A stretch of DNA of 64,000 nt from an uncultured bacterium (GCA_963848965.1 CAWKFG010000001.1:320001-384000), one strand, 5' to 3'; counted from the stretch's first letter, positions 1-9,720 are shown. Made by a program: numbers and translations. Notes: generated by a model not told the origin, from the letters alone.

Positions 1-528
1 CAGAAGCAAGAAAAGGAAAAACAAGAGAAAAACAAACAAGGCGAGCAAAAAGAGCAGAAGCAATCATCGCAACAAGAAGAAAGCGATAAAAAGAAAAAAC
101 AGGACAAAGAGCAAACGCGCGGACAAGATTCGCAAAAAGAACGTGAGCAAGAAAAACAAAGGAAACAAGAGCAAACTCAACAAAGCGAACAAAAGGCCAG
201 CGACGACCAAGCAGCTCAAGAAAAAGATAGAGCTCAAACTGGCAAACAGTCCGGTAGCCAAAGTGCAGAGCAAACTCGCAAAGAAGAAGCAGAGAAAGAA
301 CAACAAGGTAAGCATAGTCAGCCCTCTCAACAAGAAATGCAAAAAAAGGAATCTGCTGCTTTAACATCACAGCAAACACGTAAAAGTATAGCAGATGAGC
401 GATTAAATGTCTTGGAAAAAAAAGTATTAGAGGCTGCAGAACAAGAAGATACACAAATGTATAAAGCATTAGTAAAAACACAAATACAAGCAAAAATGCC
501 GGCAAATTATGGTCAAAAAAATTGGTAA
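1..528 (+). CDS. 3' part of BatB/BatC-like protein (Q/E/K-rich low-complexity linker, C-terminal KNW); 5' end outside window
   Basis: Frame +1 is open from base 1 (QKQEKEKQEKNKQGEQ...) into the listed 337..528 ORF ending GQKNW; lies directly before a BatD-like gene. Confidence 0.65.
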   Translation, partial: QKQEKEKQEKNKQGEQKEQKQSSQQEESDKKKKQDKEQTRGQDSQKEREQEKQRKQEQTQQSEQKASDDQAAQEKDRAQTGKQSGSQSAEQTRKEEAEKEQQGKHSQPSQQEMQKKESAALTSQQTRKSIADERLNVLEKKVLEAAEQEDTQMYKALVKTQIQAKMPANYGQKNW

Positions 529-2725
529 ATTACTTATACTATTGTATAGCACCTTTCTTGGTGCAGAAAGTGCTGTCGATCTTCAGATACTTTCAACAGC
601 AGGGCAACCACTAAAAGCAGTTGCAGTAGGTGTACCCTTTGTTATTGCAGTAAGTTTGAAAAACTTTACGCAAGAGACAAATACACCTTATGTAGCTGGT
701 ATAGAGCAGCTTGAGCTGTTACATACAAGTCAGCAGATGAACACTATGATTATTAATGGAACTACGACTAGTGAAAGAAAGTATCTTTTTCAAGTTCGCG
801 CTCGTGAATCGGGTACACTCACAATTGGTCCTGCTTCTATTACAAAGCCACAAGCTTTACAATCTTCTGTAGTATCATTACCAGTCGAGGCAGAAAGCAC
901 AAAAACCACTTTGAAAGGAAAAGCTCAGTATGAGTTTATTATAGACAAAAAAGAGCCCTTTGTAGGTGAAAAAGTTCCTTTTACTTTGCGTTTTTCTTAT
1001 GCCCAGCCAGATCTTAAAATACGTGCTTTAGAAGAACCTGAAGTAAAGGAGATACGTATACAAACAAATAAAGAAGTGATTGCAAAAAATGTAAGTCAAG
1101 CAGGGCAAGCATATACAGTACAAGAGGTGCACGGCTATTTATATCCAGAAGAGCCGGGCACATTTGTTCTTCCTGCTTTAATTGCAGAATTTGCAGCACC
1201 AGATACAAGCTTTGGCATCTTTTCGTTTTTTGCAAAACGGGAACAAATTTATTCAAATGCAGTTACTCTTAAAGTTTTACCGTTGCCACCTACATCTGAA
1301 GCAGCTCATGCTGTTGGCAAATTTAGAAATCTCTATGCTACTATAAGCCAGTCTCAGATTAATCAAGGAGAGGGTACAGCGCTTACTATCAGTGTAGAAG
1401 GAACTGGTAACGTAGAAAGTGCAAAAGCACCTACACTTGTGCTACCTGAAGGACTTAAATATTATGAATCAAAGGCAACGGTAGAAGGACAAGGTCCCGA
1501 CTATGTAAAGCGCTTTGAATATGTAGTGCAAGCAATTCAGCCGGGTGCCTGGCTGATTCCGCAGCAATCCTTTGTGTATTTTGATCCAGAAAAGAAAGCA
1601 TACAAAACATTATATACAAAACCTCTGCCGCTTGAAGTAAAAGAAGGAACTCCTGTAACTCCAGTAGAACAAGGTATGCCAGAAGAGCCGCAAGAACAAC
1701 CGAGTGCTGAAAAAGATTTTATCCCACAGTCATTATGGCACTTACCGCTGTGGTTGTTTGCTTGTTTATTAGCATTTCCTTTATTTGTATTAGTGAGTAA
1801 AGAGCTCTTTATACGTTTACAACAACTATTACGCAAAAGGTATACAGGATATCGAGCGTTTGCTGCAGCTCGTAGTAAGATTAAGAATGCTCAAGCAGAT
1901 ACTCTTTATACTTCTATCAAAGAAGCATTTGCACAGTACTTGGTAAAAAGTTCTATTACTCAGGAAGATATTGAGAAAGTACTTACAGCATGGGGTCTTA
2001 CATATGAAGAAAAGATGCAATGGCAGCAGTTTGTAACAGCGCTATTAGAGCATAGTTCTTACGCACCATCCCATAGTAAAAAAAATGTAAAAGAGCTTAT
2101 ACATGAAGCAGATACATGGCTTTCTCTGTTTTATAAGAAAGCAAAAATGCAACCAACGCTCACTCTTATGATGCTCTGTCTTATCTCTTTTTCTCTTGTT
2201 TCTGAGCCACGTGAAGGGCTTCTTAATAAAGCTCTCTATATGCGTAGAGCAGAACAGACAACGTGGGGCTCGGATGTCGCTTCTATAGATACAGAGGTTG
2301 AAAATCTTAAAGAGCAAGCGGGAACAGTATCGAGAAAGCGATATTCTCCTTTATTTACAACACTTTATTATGCTTTTAGCAAAGTGCCCTTTGTCATATG
2401 GCAGCTTTTTTTTATTTGCCTCTGGTGGGCTTTAATTTTCTATGGTAGCCTAGTCAAAATGCGCTATCGTATCCTCCTTGTGCTTGCATGGCTCTTTGTA
2501 GGATGGGGCGTAATAACAATAGTGTATGGAAAATATGGACAATGGGCTTTTGTACAGAGATCACAAGCACTTCTGTATATTGGACCAGATACGACATATC
2601 CAAATAAGGGAGAACTCAGTTTTTTAGATGAGGTATATACAATGAAAAAACAAGGTAACTGGTATTATGTATCATCCCCTCTTGGTACAGGATGGCTATC
2701 TGGTAGAGACATAGAGCTTGTATAA
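509..2725 (+). CDS. batD: BatD-family protein with C-terminal BatE/SH3-like extension
   Basis: Signal peptide, BatD-like Ig repeats (GTLTIGPA, AVGKF, VEGTGN, FVYFDP), TM segments, C-terminal SH3b-like LYIGP...GNWYYV...GWL. Confidence 0.7.
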   Translation: MVKKIGKLLILLYSTFLGAESAVDLQILSTAGQPLKAVAVGVPFVIAVSLKNFTQETNTPYVAGIEQLELLHTSQQMNTMIINGTTTSERKYLFQVRARESGTLTIGPASITKPQALQSSVVSLPVEAESTKTTLKGKAQYEFIIDKKEPFVGEKVPFTLRFSYAQPDLKIRALEEPEVKEIRIQTNKEVIAKNVSQAGQAYTVQEVHGYLYPEEPGTFVLPALIAEFAAPDTSFGIFSFFAKREQIYSNAVTLKVLPLPPTSEAAHAVGKFRNLYATISQSQINQGEGTALTISVEGTGNVESAKAPTLVLPEGLKYYESKATVEGQGPDYVKRFEYVVQAIQPGAWLIPQQSFVYFDPEKKAYKTLYTKPLPLEVKEGTPVTPVEQGMPEEPQEQPSAEKDFIPQSLWHLPLWLFACLLAFPLFVLVSKELFIRLQQLLRKRYTGYRAFAAARSKIKNAQADTLYTSIKEAFAQYLVKSSITQEDIEKVLTAWGLTYEEKMQWQQFVTALLEHSSYAPSHSKKNVKELIHEADTWLSLFYKKAKMQPTLTLMMLCLISFSLVSEPREGLLNKALYMRRAEQTTWGSDVASIDTEVENLKEQAGTVSRKRYSPLFTTLYYAFSKVPFVIWQLFFICLWWALIFYGSLVKMRYRILLVLAWLFVGWGVITIVYGKYGQWAFVQRSQALLYIGPDTTYPNKGELSFLDEVYTMKKQGNWYYVSSPLGTGWLSGRDIELV

Positions 2726-2745
2726 TAAGAGAGTAGGTTACCAAC

Positions 2746-3624
2746 ATGAATATATCATTAAACAAGCTCTTGGTAGTTAGTTGGTTTAGTGTAATGACTA
2801 TAATTAGCGGTTTTTTAGTAGCAGAATATCAATTTTTTAGAGCTCAAGCATTGCAACTTGAACAGCTAAAAGATGATTATTCTCAGCATATAGCGCTTTT
2901 AAAGAAACGTATGGATCGTTACAGTGAGCAGCCTGAAGGAGATGGGTTAAAAAAAAACTCAATAAGTACTGATACAAAAGAGGTAAAAAGACTTTTATTA
3001 GTAAATAGAGCATGCAACTATTTGCAACAATCAGCTCTTTCTTTTGTACGTACGTATAATAAAGAGTATGCACTTAAGAATGTGTGTGAAGCTCCTTCAA
3101 TAAAAACTACGAATGTAAAGAAGCGAACAACAAAGAGACCTCTGAAAGCACGTCGGCGTAAAAAGCAAAGTATACCTATAGAAAGCCAGTGGCATAAGTT
3201 GCAACGAGAGCCTCTGTTTCGGTGGCCGCTTGAACGTTCAACATTTTGGTTGAGCTCTCCTTTTGGGCCGCGTAAAAAGCCTAATGGTACGTGGGGATTT
3301 CATAGGGGAATAGATTTAGCAGCTCCTCGTGGTACTCCGGTAAAGGCTGCTGGTGATGGTATAGTAGTACAAGCTACCTATGACCCTGAAGGGTATGGTA
3401 ATACAATTGTTATTGAGCATGATCATAAATTTAGAACACGTTATGCACATTTAGATAAAATATACGTGCATAGGGGACAAAAAATTAAGCAAGGAGAGTA
3501 TATTGGTAGAGTAGGAGCTACAGGATTTGTACGTAAAAGTAGAAGAGGAAGCAGTGGTACACACCTACATTTTGAGGTGTATGTTTTTGGAAAGCACGAA
3601 AACCCATTTCATTTTCTTGCTTAA
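2746..3624 (+). CDS. M23 family metallopeptidase with N-terminal membrane anchor and coiled coil
   Basis: HRGIDLAA, YAHL and HLHFEV motifs. Confidence 0.9.
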   Translation: MNISLNKLLVVSWFSVMTIISGFLVAEYQFFRAQALQLEQLKDDYSQHIALLKKRMDRYSEQPEGDGLKKNSISTDTKEVKRLLLVNRACNYLQQSALSFVRTYNKEYALKNVCEAPSIKTTNVKKRTTKRPLKARRRKKQSIPIESQWHKLQREPLFRWPLERSTFWLSSPFGPRKKPNGTWGFHRGIDLAAPRGTPVKAAGDGIVVQATYDPEGYGNTIVIEHDHKFRTRYAHLDKIYVHRGQKIKQGEYIGRVGATGFVRKSRRGSSGTHLHFEVYVFGKHENPFHFLA

Positions 3625-3676
3625 ATACTCGAGAGAGTATACTATATATGCGGATATTGATTGAAAGGATTTTTTT

Positions 3677-4552
3677 ATGAAAGTTATGCAACGAATACTC
3701 GGTAGATTTTATGATGTTCCTTTAATAAGGCTCGTATTTGAGATAGTTTTTGTCATTTTACCAGTAGCGTTTCTTATTCGAACGTTCGGATTTGGCTTAT
3801 ATCAAGTCCCTACAGGTTCAATGGAAACAACATTGTTGGTAGGTGAACGGTTCTTTGCAGATAAGTTAAGTTATTGGTTTAGACCTCCACAACGCGGAGA
3901 AATTATTGCATTTAATGATCCACGTTATCCTTATTCTTCAAACTCTGCGGTAAATTTTTGGCAGCGGTATGTCTCTTGGAATGTATCTAACTGGACAAAG
4001 CGTGTTATAGGTGTTCCGGGCGATCATGTGCAAGGAAAGATAGAAGATGGTAAACCTGTAGTCTATGTAAATGATGTTAAGCTTGATGAAAGTGCATACA
4101 TAAATAAATACCCGCTTATTATGGTATGGAAACAACCAGGAACATTTACTGAAGGTGCTCGCAAACGTGAATGGGACCAAAAGACATTTGATCCTGCATT
4201 GCCGTGGGATAAACAACTCTATTATAAGATCAATCCTAATAGTATTGTAGTAAATCCTCATACTCTTGAACCTTATGTTGCTTATCCAGGTACTCCACAT
4301 CCTGCTGGTAAAGATGTTTTTGACGTACATCTTAAGGAGAATGAGTATTGGGTAATGGGAGATAATAGGCAAGGAAGTTCTGACTCTCGAGAATGGGGAG
4401 TACTTGATGGAAAGCTTATTCACGGTAAAATTATCTATAGAATATGGTCGATGGATACTAGTGAGTCTTGGTGGTTTATAGACTTGCTTAAGAACCCTAT
4501 CAGTTTCTGGAAAAAAGTGCGCTGGAATAGGTGCTTTCAGTGGGTTAAGTAA
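3677..4552 (+). CDS. lepB: Signal peptidase I
   Basis: PTGSME, KRVIG and GDNR..S.DSR.WG boxes. Confidence 0.93.
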   Translation: MKVMQRILGRFYDVPLIRLVFEIVFVILPVAFLIRTFGFGLYQVPTGSMETTLLVGERFFADKLSYWFRPPQRGEIIAFNDPRYPYSSNSAVNFWQRYVSWNVSNWTKRVIGVPGDHVQGKIEDGKPVVYVNDVKLDESAYINKYPLIMVWKQPGTFTEGARKREWDQKTFDPALPWDKQLYYKINPNSIVVNPHTLEPYVAYPGTPHPAGKDVFDVHLKENEYWVMGDNRQGSSDSREWGVLDGKLIHGKIIYRIWSMDTSESWWFIDLLKNPISFWKKVRWNRCFQWVK

Positions 4553-4646
4553 GGAGGTGAGTAAGGGCCTAAATAGGAAAAAGTTGCATTAATACGAAAT
4601 TGTGATACATTAATAATATGATATATACTATTAAGACAGGAACAAG

Positions 4647-5186
4647 ATGAGCAAAAGAAGAGAAAGTTATATATTTTTCGGTTTTCTTTTAACTGTCGTT
4701 ATGCTTACACCTGCATGCGAATGGCTTGGGATTGGTAAAGGTAAGAAAGCAGAACAACAAGCTGCCCCAGCACAGCAACAAGACGTAAAATTAAAAATAG
4801 TTGACGTTAACGAAGAAAAGATTTATAAAGATGCTCATATAGCAGGAGCGGTACACATCCCTTATGATAGGCTTGAAACCGAAACTGCTCAATGGGATAA
4901 AAATACTCCTATAGTGACCTATTGCACAACCTATGAATGTACAGAAAGTCATAGAGCGGCAAAGAAATTGAAAGAGCTTGGATTCACTAATGTACGTGTT
5001 TACGAAGGAGGAATAAACGATTGGCATAAGCATGCTCAAGAAAACAAAGCGGCTTATCCATACGAAGGATCTGCTACCGAAGCTTATCTGACAAAGTCAG
5101 TAAGTAAACCGGAAGGCAGAGAGAGCGATGTGCCTTCTATCACAGCAGAAGAATTGAGCAAGAGTATTGAAGAGGCGAGAAAGTAA
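4647..5186 (+). CDS. Rhodanese-domain putative lipoprotein
   Basis: Lipobox-like LTPAC; HIAGA, TYC active-site loop, VYEGGINDW. Confidence 0.8.
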   Translation: MSKRRESYIFFGFLLTVVMLTPACEWLGIGKGKKAEQQAAPAQQQDVKLKIVDVNEEKIYKDAHIAGAVHIPYDRLETETAQWDKNTPIVTYCTTYECTESHRAAKKLKELGFTNVRVYEGGINDWHKHAQENKAAYPYEGSATEAYLTKSVSKPEGRESDVPSITAEELSKSIEEARK

Positions 5187-5195
5187 AAAAATTTT

Positions 5196-5269
5196 GGCGG
5201 CATAGCCAAGGGGTAAGGCAAGGGTCTGCAAAACCCTGATCCCCGGTTCGAATCCGGGTGCCGCCTCCA
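5196..5269 (+). tRNA. tRNA-Cys(GCA)
   Basis: GGCGGCA/TGCCGCC acceptor stem, anticodon loop CT-GCA-AA, GGTTCGAATCC, CCA end. Confidence 0.96.
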
Positions 5270-5277
5270 TAAAAATC

Positions 5278-5362
5278 GCCGAGGTGGCGGAATGGTAGAC
5301 GCAAAGGACTTAAAATCCTTCGGGCTATGCCCGTGCCGGTTCGAGTCCGGCTCTCGGCACCA
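5278..5362 (+). tRNA. tRNA-Leu(TAA)
   Basis: GCCGAGG/TCTCGGC acceptor, CT-TAA-AA loop, long variable arm, GGTTCGAGTCC, CCA. Confidence 0.96.
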
Positions 5363-5402
5363 GACTTCGCTCCTCAAGGAGCTACGCCTGGCACGGCCAG
5401 TC
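5363..5402 (+). repeat. tRNA-3'-adjacent short repeat, copy 1 (CTTCGCT-N-AGCTACG-NN-TGGCA-GGCCAGT)
   Basis: Same motif follows tRNA-Lys on the minus strand at 27077..27108. Confidence 0.65.
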
Positions 5403-5485
5403 TATGCCAGATAGCTGCTTTTGGTGAGCTAAGAAAAGAATAGTGATAGTTGTTTAACAATAAAACCAATAATAAAGGAATATCT

Positions 5486-5764
5486 ATGAGCAATAAAGCC
5501 AAATTAATCGAACAAATGGCTAAAATGTCAAAGACTCCAAAAGCAACTTGCAAAAAAGTACTTGAGTCATTTATCAAGTCTGTTGCAACCACTCTTAAAG
5601 GTGGAAAATCTGTAGTTCTTACAGGTTTTGGTAGCTTTAATACCATTAAACGTAAAAGCCGTGTTGGGATCAACCCAGCAACAGGTAAGAAGATGCAAAT
5701 TCCTGCTAAGCGTGTAGCTAAATTCAAGCCAGGAAAAGCACTTCGCGATATGGTTGCACAGTAA
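5486..5764 (+). CDS. hup: HU/IHF family DNA-binding protein
   Basis: NKAKLI...LTGFGSF...GINPATG...KFKPGKAL; ATG at 5486 follows AAAGGA. Confidence 0.93.
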   Translation: MSNKAKLIEQMAKMSKTPKATCKKVLESFIKSVATTLKGGKSVVLTGFGSFNTIKRKSRVGINPATGKKMQIPAKRVAKFKPGKALRDMVAQ

Positions 5765-5776
5765 ACTATTTCGTTC

Positions 5777-5805
5777 AAGAGGGAGCGCAAGCTCCCTCTT
5801 TTTTT
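5777..5805 (+). terminator. Rho-independent terminator
   Basis: AAGAGGGAGC-GCAA-GCTCCCTCTT followed by T run. Confidence 0.85.
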
Positions 5806-5908
5806 ATGCCCATTTTTGTTTTCCATAAAATTTCTTTAAATGCTTGTATTGCCTTTACGTTTGTATATACTGAGACACAGCTTGGTTTCTTTTTAACAAG
5901 GAGTAAGT

Positions 5909-6256
5909 ATGGAACAGGCAGAAAAAGTAAAAGGATGGGATGTCTTTAACAAACCTACGAGTTGGTATGTGCATTTAGGCATGTTTTTTGTTATTGGTTT
6001 TGTAGGTGGATTTGTGCTCAAGCATTTTGGTCGCTATATTATATTTCTTCTTATTATAGGTGGCCTTTTATTGTGGAGCTTAGAATTGCTTAATATTATT
6101 ACCATTAACTATGCTTCTTTTAAAGCTCTTATGGGGCTTTCAACTGATACAACGCTTAATGGATTAGGTACTGAACTAAGTAACTGGATACATACACATA
6201 TCTCAGAGACTATTGCTCTTGGACTTGGGTTTGTCTTTTCATGGATGTTTATGTAG
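5909..6256 (+). CDS. FUN14-family small membrane protein
   Basis: GFVGGFVLK..., ITINY, terminal GLGF pattern; hydrophobic segments. Confidence 0.6.
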   Translation: MEQAEKVKGWDVFNKPTSWYVHLGMFFVIGFVGGFVLKHFGRYIIFLLIIGGLLLWSLELLNIITINYASFKALMGLSTDTTLNGLGTELSNWIHTHISETIALGLGFVFSWMFM

Positions 6257-7413
6257 CAACCGACGCTCCTGCTATAGCACTAGTTGATGATATTATTAGT
6301 AAAGCAGTACATCTACGAGCTTCGGATGTTCATATAGAGCCTACGAGTACTTACTTGCGAATAAGAATACGTGTTGACGGTCTTTTGCATGATAGTAGTA
6401 CTATAGGCTCAGACTATGCACGACAAGTTATTTCTCGTATTAAAGTGCTTTCTCACATGGATATCTCAGAGCGTCGTATTCCCCAAGATGGAAAATTTAT
6501 CTTTTCTTATGAAAAGCACGCCATTGATGTGCGCGTAGCTACATTTCCTAGCATCTATGGAGAGAAGGTTGTTCTTCGTATTTTAGACAGAAGCACAACT
6601 GCACTTGCTTTAGAAGAGTTAGGATTTGATGCTATGTTGCTGGAAACAATACAAAAGCTTTCTCAACGAGCTACAGGTTTTTTTCTTGTTACAGGTCCTA
6701 CAGGATCAGGCAAAACAACAACATTACATGCAATGCTTGCTGCAGCACGAACGACATCAAAGAATATCGTATCACTTGAAGATCCTATTGAATACACAAT
6801 AGAGGGTATAACACAAGCACAGATATATCCTGCAATTGGTTTTACCTTTGAGCATGGTATTCGTGCTTTATTAAGACAGGATCCTGATATTATTATGGTG
6901 GGAGAAATACGAGACAAACAAACTGCACATGTTGCTTTACAAGCAGCAATAACGGGGCATCTTGTGTTAAGTACATTGCATACTAATGATGCTACAAGCT
7001 CTGTAGTACGGTTACTCGATATGGGTATTGAGCCGTTTTTGTTAAATGCTGCAGTAACAGGTGTTCTTTCTCAACGGCTTGTACGTAAACTGTGCAATGA
7101 ATGTAAATACCTTACGCCATTATCAGATGTAGAAAGTACGTTTATACAAGAGTATAAAATTCCTCTTGTAAGCTCATATATAAGTAGGGGTTGCACATCC
7201 TGTAGAGGAATAGGGTATAAAGGACGCATAGGACTATTTGAGCTTTTGGTTATGTCTCATGAACTTCGTGCTTTAATTATGCAACGACCTTCTTTTGATA
7301 CTCTTTACAAGCAAGCATGTACTGAAGGTATGAGACCATTATTGCTTGATGCTGCAGATAAAATAGATACAGGTAGTACGAGTGTGGTAGAGGTTATGCG
7401 TGTTCTTATGTGA
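6241..7413 (+). CDS. GspE/PilB-type secretion/pilus assembly ATPase (short form)
   Basis: ASDVHIEP, GPTGSGKTTTL, LEDPIE, LRQDPD, TGHLVLSTLH, CxxC...CxxC. Confidence 0.92.
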   Translation: MDVYVATDAPAIALVDDIISKAVHLRASDVHIEPTSTYLRIRIRVDGLLHDSSTIGSDYARQVISRIKVLSHMDISERRIPQDGKFIFSYEKHAIDVRVATFPSIYGEKVVLRILDRSTTALALEELGFDAMLLETIQKLSQRATGFFLVTGPTGSGKTTTLHAMLAAARTTSKNIVSLEDPIEYTIEGITQAQIYPAIGFTFEHGIRALLRQDPDIIMVGEIRDKQTAHVALQAAITGHLVLSTLHTNDATSSVVRLLDMGIEPFLLNAAVTGVLSQRLVRKLCNECKYLTPLSDVESTFIQEYKIPLVSSYISRGCTSCRGIGYKGRIGLFELLVMSHELRALIMQRPSFDTLYKQACTEGMRPLLLDAADKIDTGSTSVVEVMRVLM

Positions 7414-7531
7414 TTGTTCAATGAGCGCTAATCCAAGTAAGGCAAGAGCTACCGTCTTATTATTCCTTTAGAATGAGCTGTTTGTAAATGTTTTCAGTAG
7501 AGCAAACGTAGGTCTTATGCAAAAGCTCTAC

Positions 7532-7578
7532 TTGATTTAATGGCAATTTAATGGCATAATAATGGCAAATTAATGGCA
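7532..7578 (+). promoter_or_regulatory. Putative sigma70 promoter overlapped by four TAATGGCA direct repeats at 11-bp period
   Basis: TTGATT-N17-CATAAT; repeats start at 7538, 7549, 7560 and 7571. Confidence 0.6.
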
Positions 7579-8688
7579 TTGAAAGTGCAACATATGTTTA
7601 ATCCTTGTTTTACTATAACTACCTATCTAGCCTCTCTGCTCATGCGTATAGAAGGGTTACGTCAAGAAATTACTCTGTTACCTATTAATCCTTCTGTTTT
7701 GGCAAGTTTAAGAGAAACAGCTTTGTTGTCTTCAGTACATTATTCTACTGCTATTGAAGGTAATAGATTGACTGAAGAAGAAGTTATAGAAGTAATTTCT
7801 CATAATGTGCATATCTCTGGAAAAGAACGAGATGAGCATGAAGTATTAGGATATTATGCTGCTTTAGATGAGCTTGAGCGCTTAGTATTACGTAAAGATC
7901 CTTTAACTGAGAAGGTAATTCAAAAGTTACATGCTCTTGTAATGGCAGGAGGGAAAAGAAGAGTAAAATCAACACCCTATAGACGAGGGCAAAATGTAAT
8001 CCGGCAAGCTGGTAATAGAGCAATTGTTTATATGCCACCAGAGACTCAAGATGTTCCTCTTCTAATGCATGATTTAGTTGTGTGGATTAATAAAGCAAAC
8101 CAGGAATATCTTCCATGTCCTTTACGGGCGGCAATAGCTCATTATCAATTTGCTACTATTCATCCTTATTATGATGGTAATGGAAGGACGGCTCGATTAC
8201 TCGCAACGCTTATTTTACATCAAGGTGGCTACGATCTTAAAGGTCTTTATTCGCTTGAAGAATATTATGCAAAAGATTTGGGCACATATTACCAAGCGTT
8301 AACCATAGGGCCTTCGCATAATTATTATATGGGTAGAGCAGAGGCTGATATTACGTCCTGGCTTGAATACTTCTGTGCTGGGATGCTTGAGAGCTTTGAG
8401 AAGGTCAAAAATCAAGCGCTCAAAGCACAAGGAAGAGGATCTGTAGATACTTCTGAAACATTAAAATACCTTGATGTTCGACAAAGAAAGGTTCTTTCCG
8501 TTTTTTATCATCGAGAAGTAATTACTTCATATGATGTTGAAAAATTATTGCGTGTAAGGCCTCGAACTGCACGAGCGCTATGTAAGCAGTGGGTAGACAG
8601 CGGTTTTTTGATCATTGCTGATGCTTCTAAGAAAAGCAGAAAGTATAAGCTTGCACAACGCTATAATGATTTGAAGGGGAACCTTTAA
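7573..8688 (+). CDS. Fic family protein with C-terminal winged-helix (alternative start 7594)
   Basis: HPYYDGNGRTAR catalytic motif; STAIEGN inhibitory motif. Confidence 0.92.
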   Translation: MALKVQHMFNPCFTITTYLASLLMRIEGLRQEITLLPINPSVLASLRETALLSSVHYSTAIEGNRLTEEEVIEVISHNVHISGKERDEHEVLGYYAALDELERLVLRKDPLTEKVIQKLHALVMAGGKRRVKSTPYRRGQNVIRQAGNRAIVYMPPETQDVPLLMHDLVVWINKANQEYLPCPLRAAIAHYQFATIHPYYDGNGRTARLLATLILHQGGYDLKGLYSLEEYYAKDLGTYYQALTIGPSHNYYMGRAEADITSWLEYFCAGMLESFEKVKNQALKAQGRGSVDTSETLKYLDVRQRKVLSVFYHREVITSYDVEKLLRVRPRTARALCKQWVDSGFLIIADASKKSRKYKLAQRYNDLKGNL

Positions 8689-8700
8689 GGCTCCCCTATT

Positions 8701-9585
8701 CTATGTAAGTTTCTCCTCTAATGTTTCTTTCACATAACTTAATAACGGTATAGCTGCTGCAATACGGATAGTACGAGGAGTAAGCCCTTTATAGAGTTCT
8801 TGTATACCTTTTTCTCGTGCTATTTTTAGCGCAGCATCTAAGCTTCCTTTGTAAAGCTTTTTTGAAAGATCACGCTTGAGGGCAGTGCTTATAGAGTCAC
8901 AGGGATGAGTAAGAATGCCTGCTATTAATCCAGCAGGAACACCAGTGGCTATCGTATCACCTATGCGACTACCTGTAGTAATTCCTAAACGCTTTTTGAG
9001 CATATCGCCCAAGGTTATATATCCTACAGTGAATCCACCGTCTCTTATAGCTGTTGGTATAAGGCCACGATAAAGCTTTTTAAGATTACTGTAAGATACT
9101 GGATTATGCATATCAAAAATCTCTTGGATAGTACGAGAAAGCGTATCTTTTATCACTTGTCCTTGCTGAATTACAAGCATATCAGCAGGACTGCTTGCAA
9201 GTGCGGATGTGCCGCCGGCTATGAACGCTGCAGCAGTTTTTTGTGCATCTGAACCATTAAGATAAGGACTTAAAAGGCCGTTGATACCTACTTGTAGTGC
9301 AGTTATAGGCGCCATACTCGCTACATTAACACCATAACCTTTATAAAGCTGTTTTAAGAGTGATAATGCCGTTCTGTTTGCTGTATCAGAAGCTGTACCT
9401 GTTTGTAACCGATTTTTTATTGCTTGTAACATTTGTCCTACAAGAGTTACTTCACATGCACCAGCAGTGGCTCCAATAAGGCTATTTTCAAGCATTGTTA
9501 ATGATCTTTTTTGAGGTTTTTCCATAGCATACGAATATGAGCAGAGCATAGTTGTTATACTCATAAGTATAGGTAAAGTATACAT
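8701..9585 (-). CDS. Mitochondrial carrier family (SLC25-like) protein with N-terminal signal peptide
   Basis: Three internal repeats with SPADM/HPCDS Px[DE] motifs and LYKGY/LYRGL/LYKGL motifs. Confidence 0.8.
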   Translation of the reverse strand: MYTLPILMSITTMLCSYSYAMEKPQKRSLTMLENSLIGATAGACEVTLVGQMLQAIKNRLQTGTASDTANRTALSLLKQLYKGYGVNVASMAPITALQVGINGLLSPYLNGSDAQKTAAAFIAGGTSALASSPADMLVIQQGQVIKDTLSRTIQEIFDMHNPVSYSNLKKLYRGLIPTAIRDGGFTVGYITLGDMLKKRLGITTGSRIGDTIATGVPAGLIAGILTHPCDSISTALKRDLSKKLYKGSLDAALKIAREKGIQELYKGLTPRTIRIAAAIPLLSYVKETLEEKLT

Positions 9586-9720
9586 AAAAATACCTTTATT
9601 TTATATTATAAATTAATATTAAGAGCATAGTACAAGGAACGTGCCTTTAAGCCACAGGTTTGTATATGCTTTTTGTAGCAAAAACGTAATTGTATTAATG
9701 AAATAGAAAATATTTTGTCC

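Noticed and set aside
64..364. ORFs 64..342 (-) and 143..364 (+)
   Set aside because: Shadow frames of the low-complexity Q/E/K-rich coding sequence in frame +1
5084..5826. Minus-strand ORFs 5084..5377 and 5374..5826
   Set aside because: Antisense to tRNA-Cys/Leu and hup
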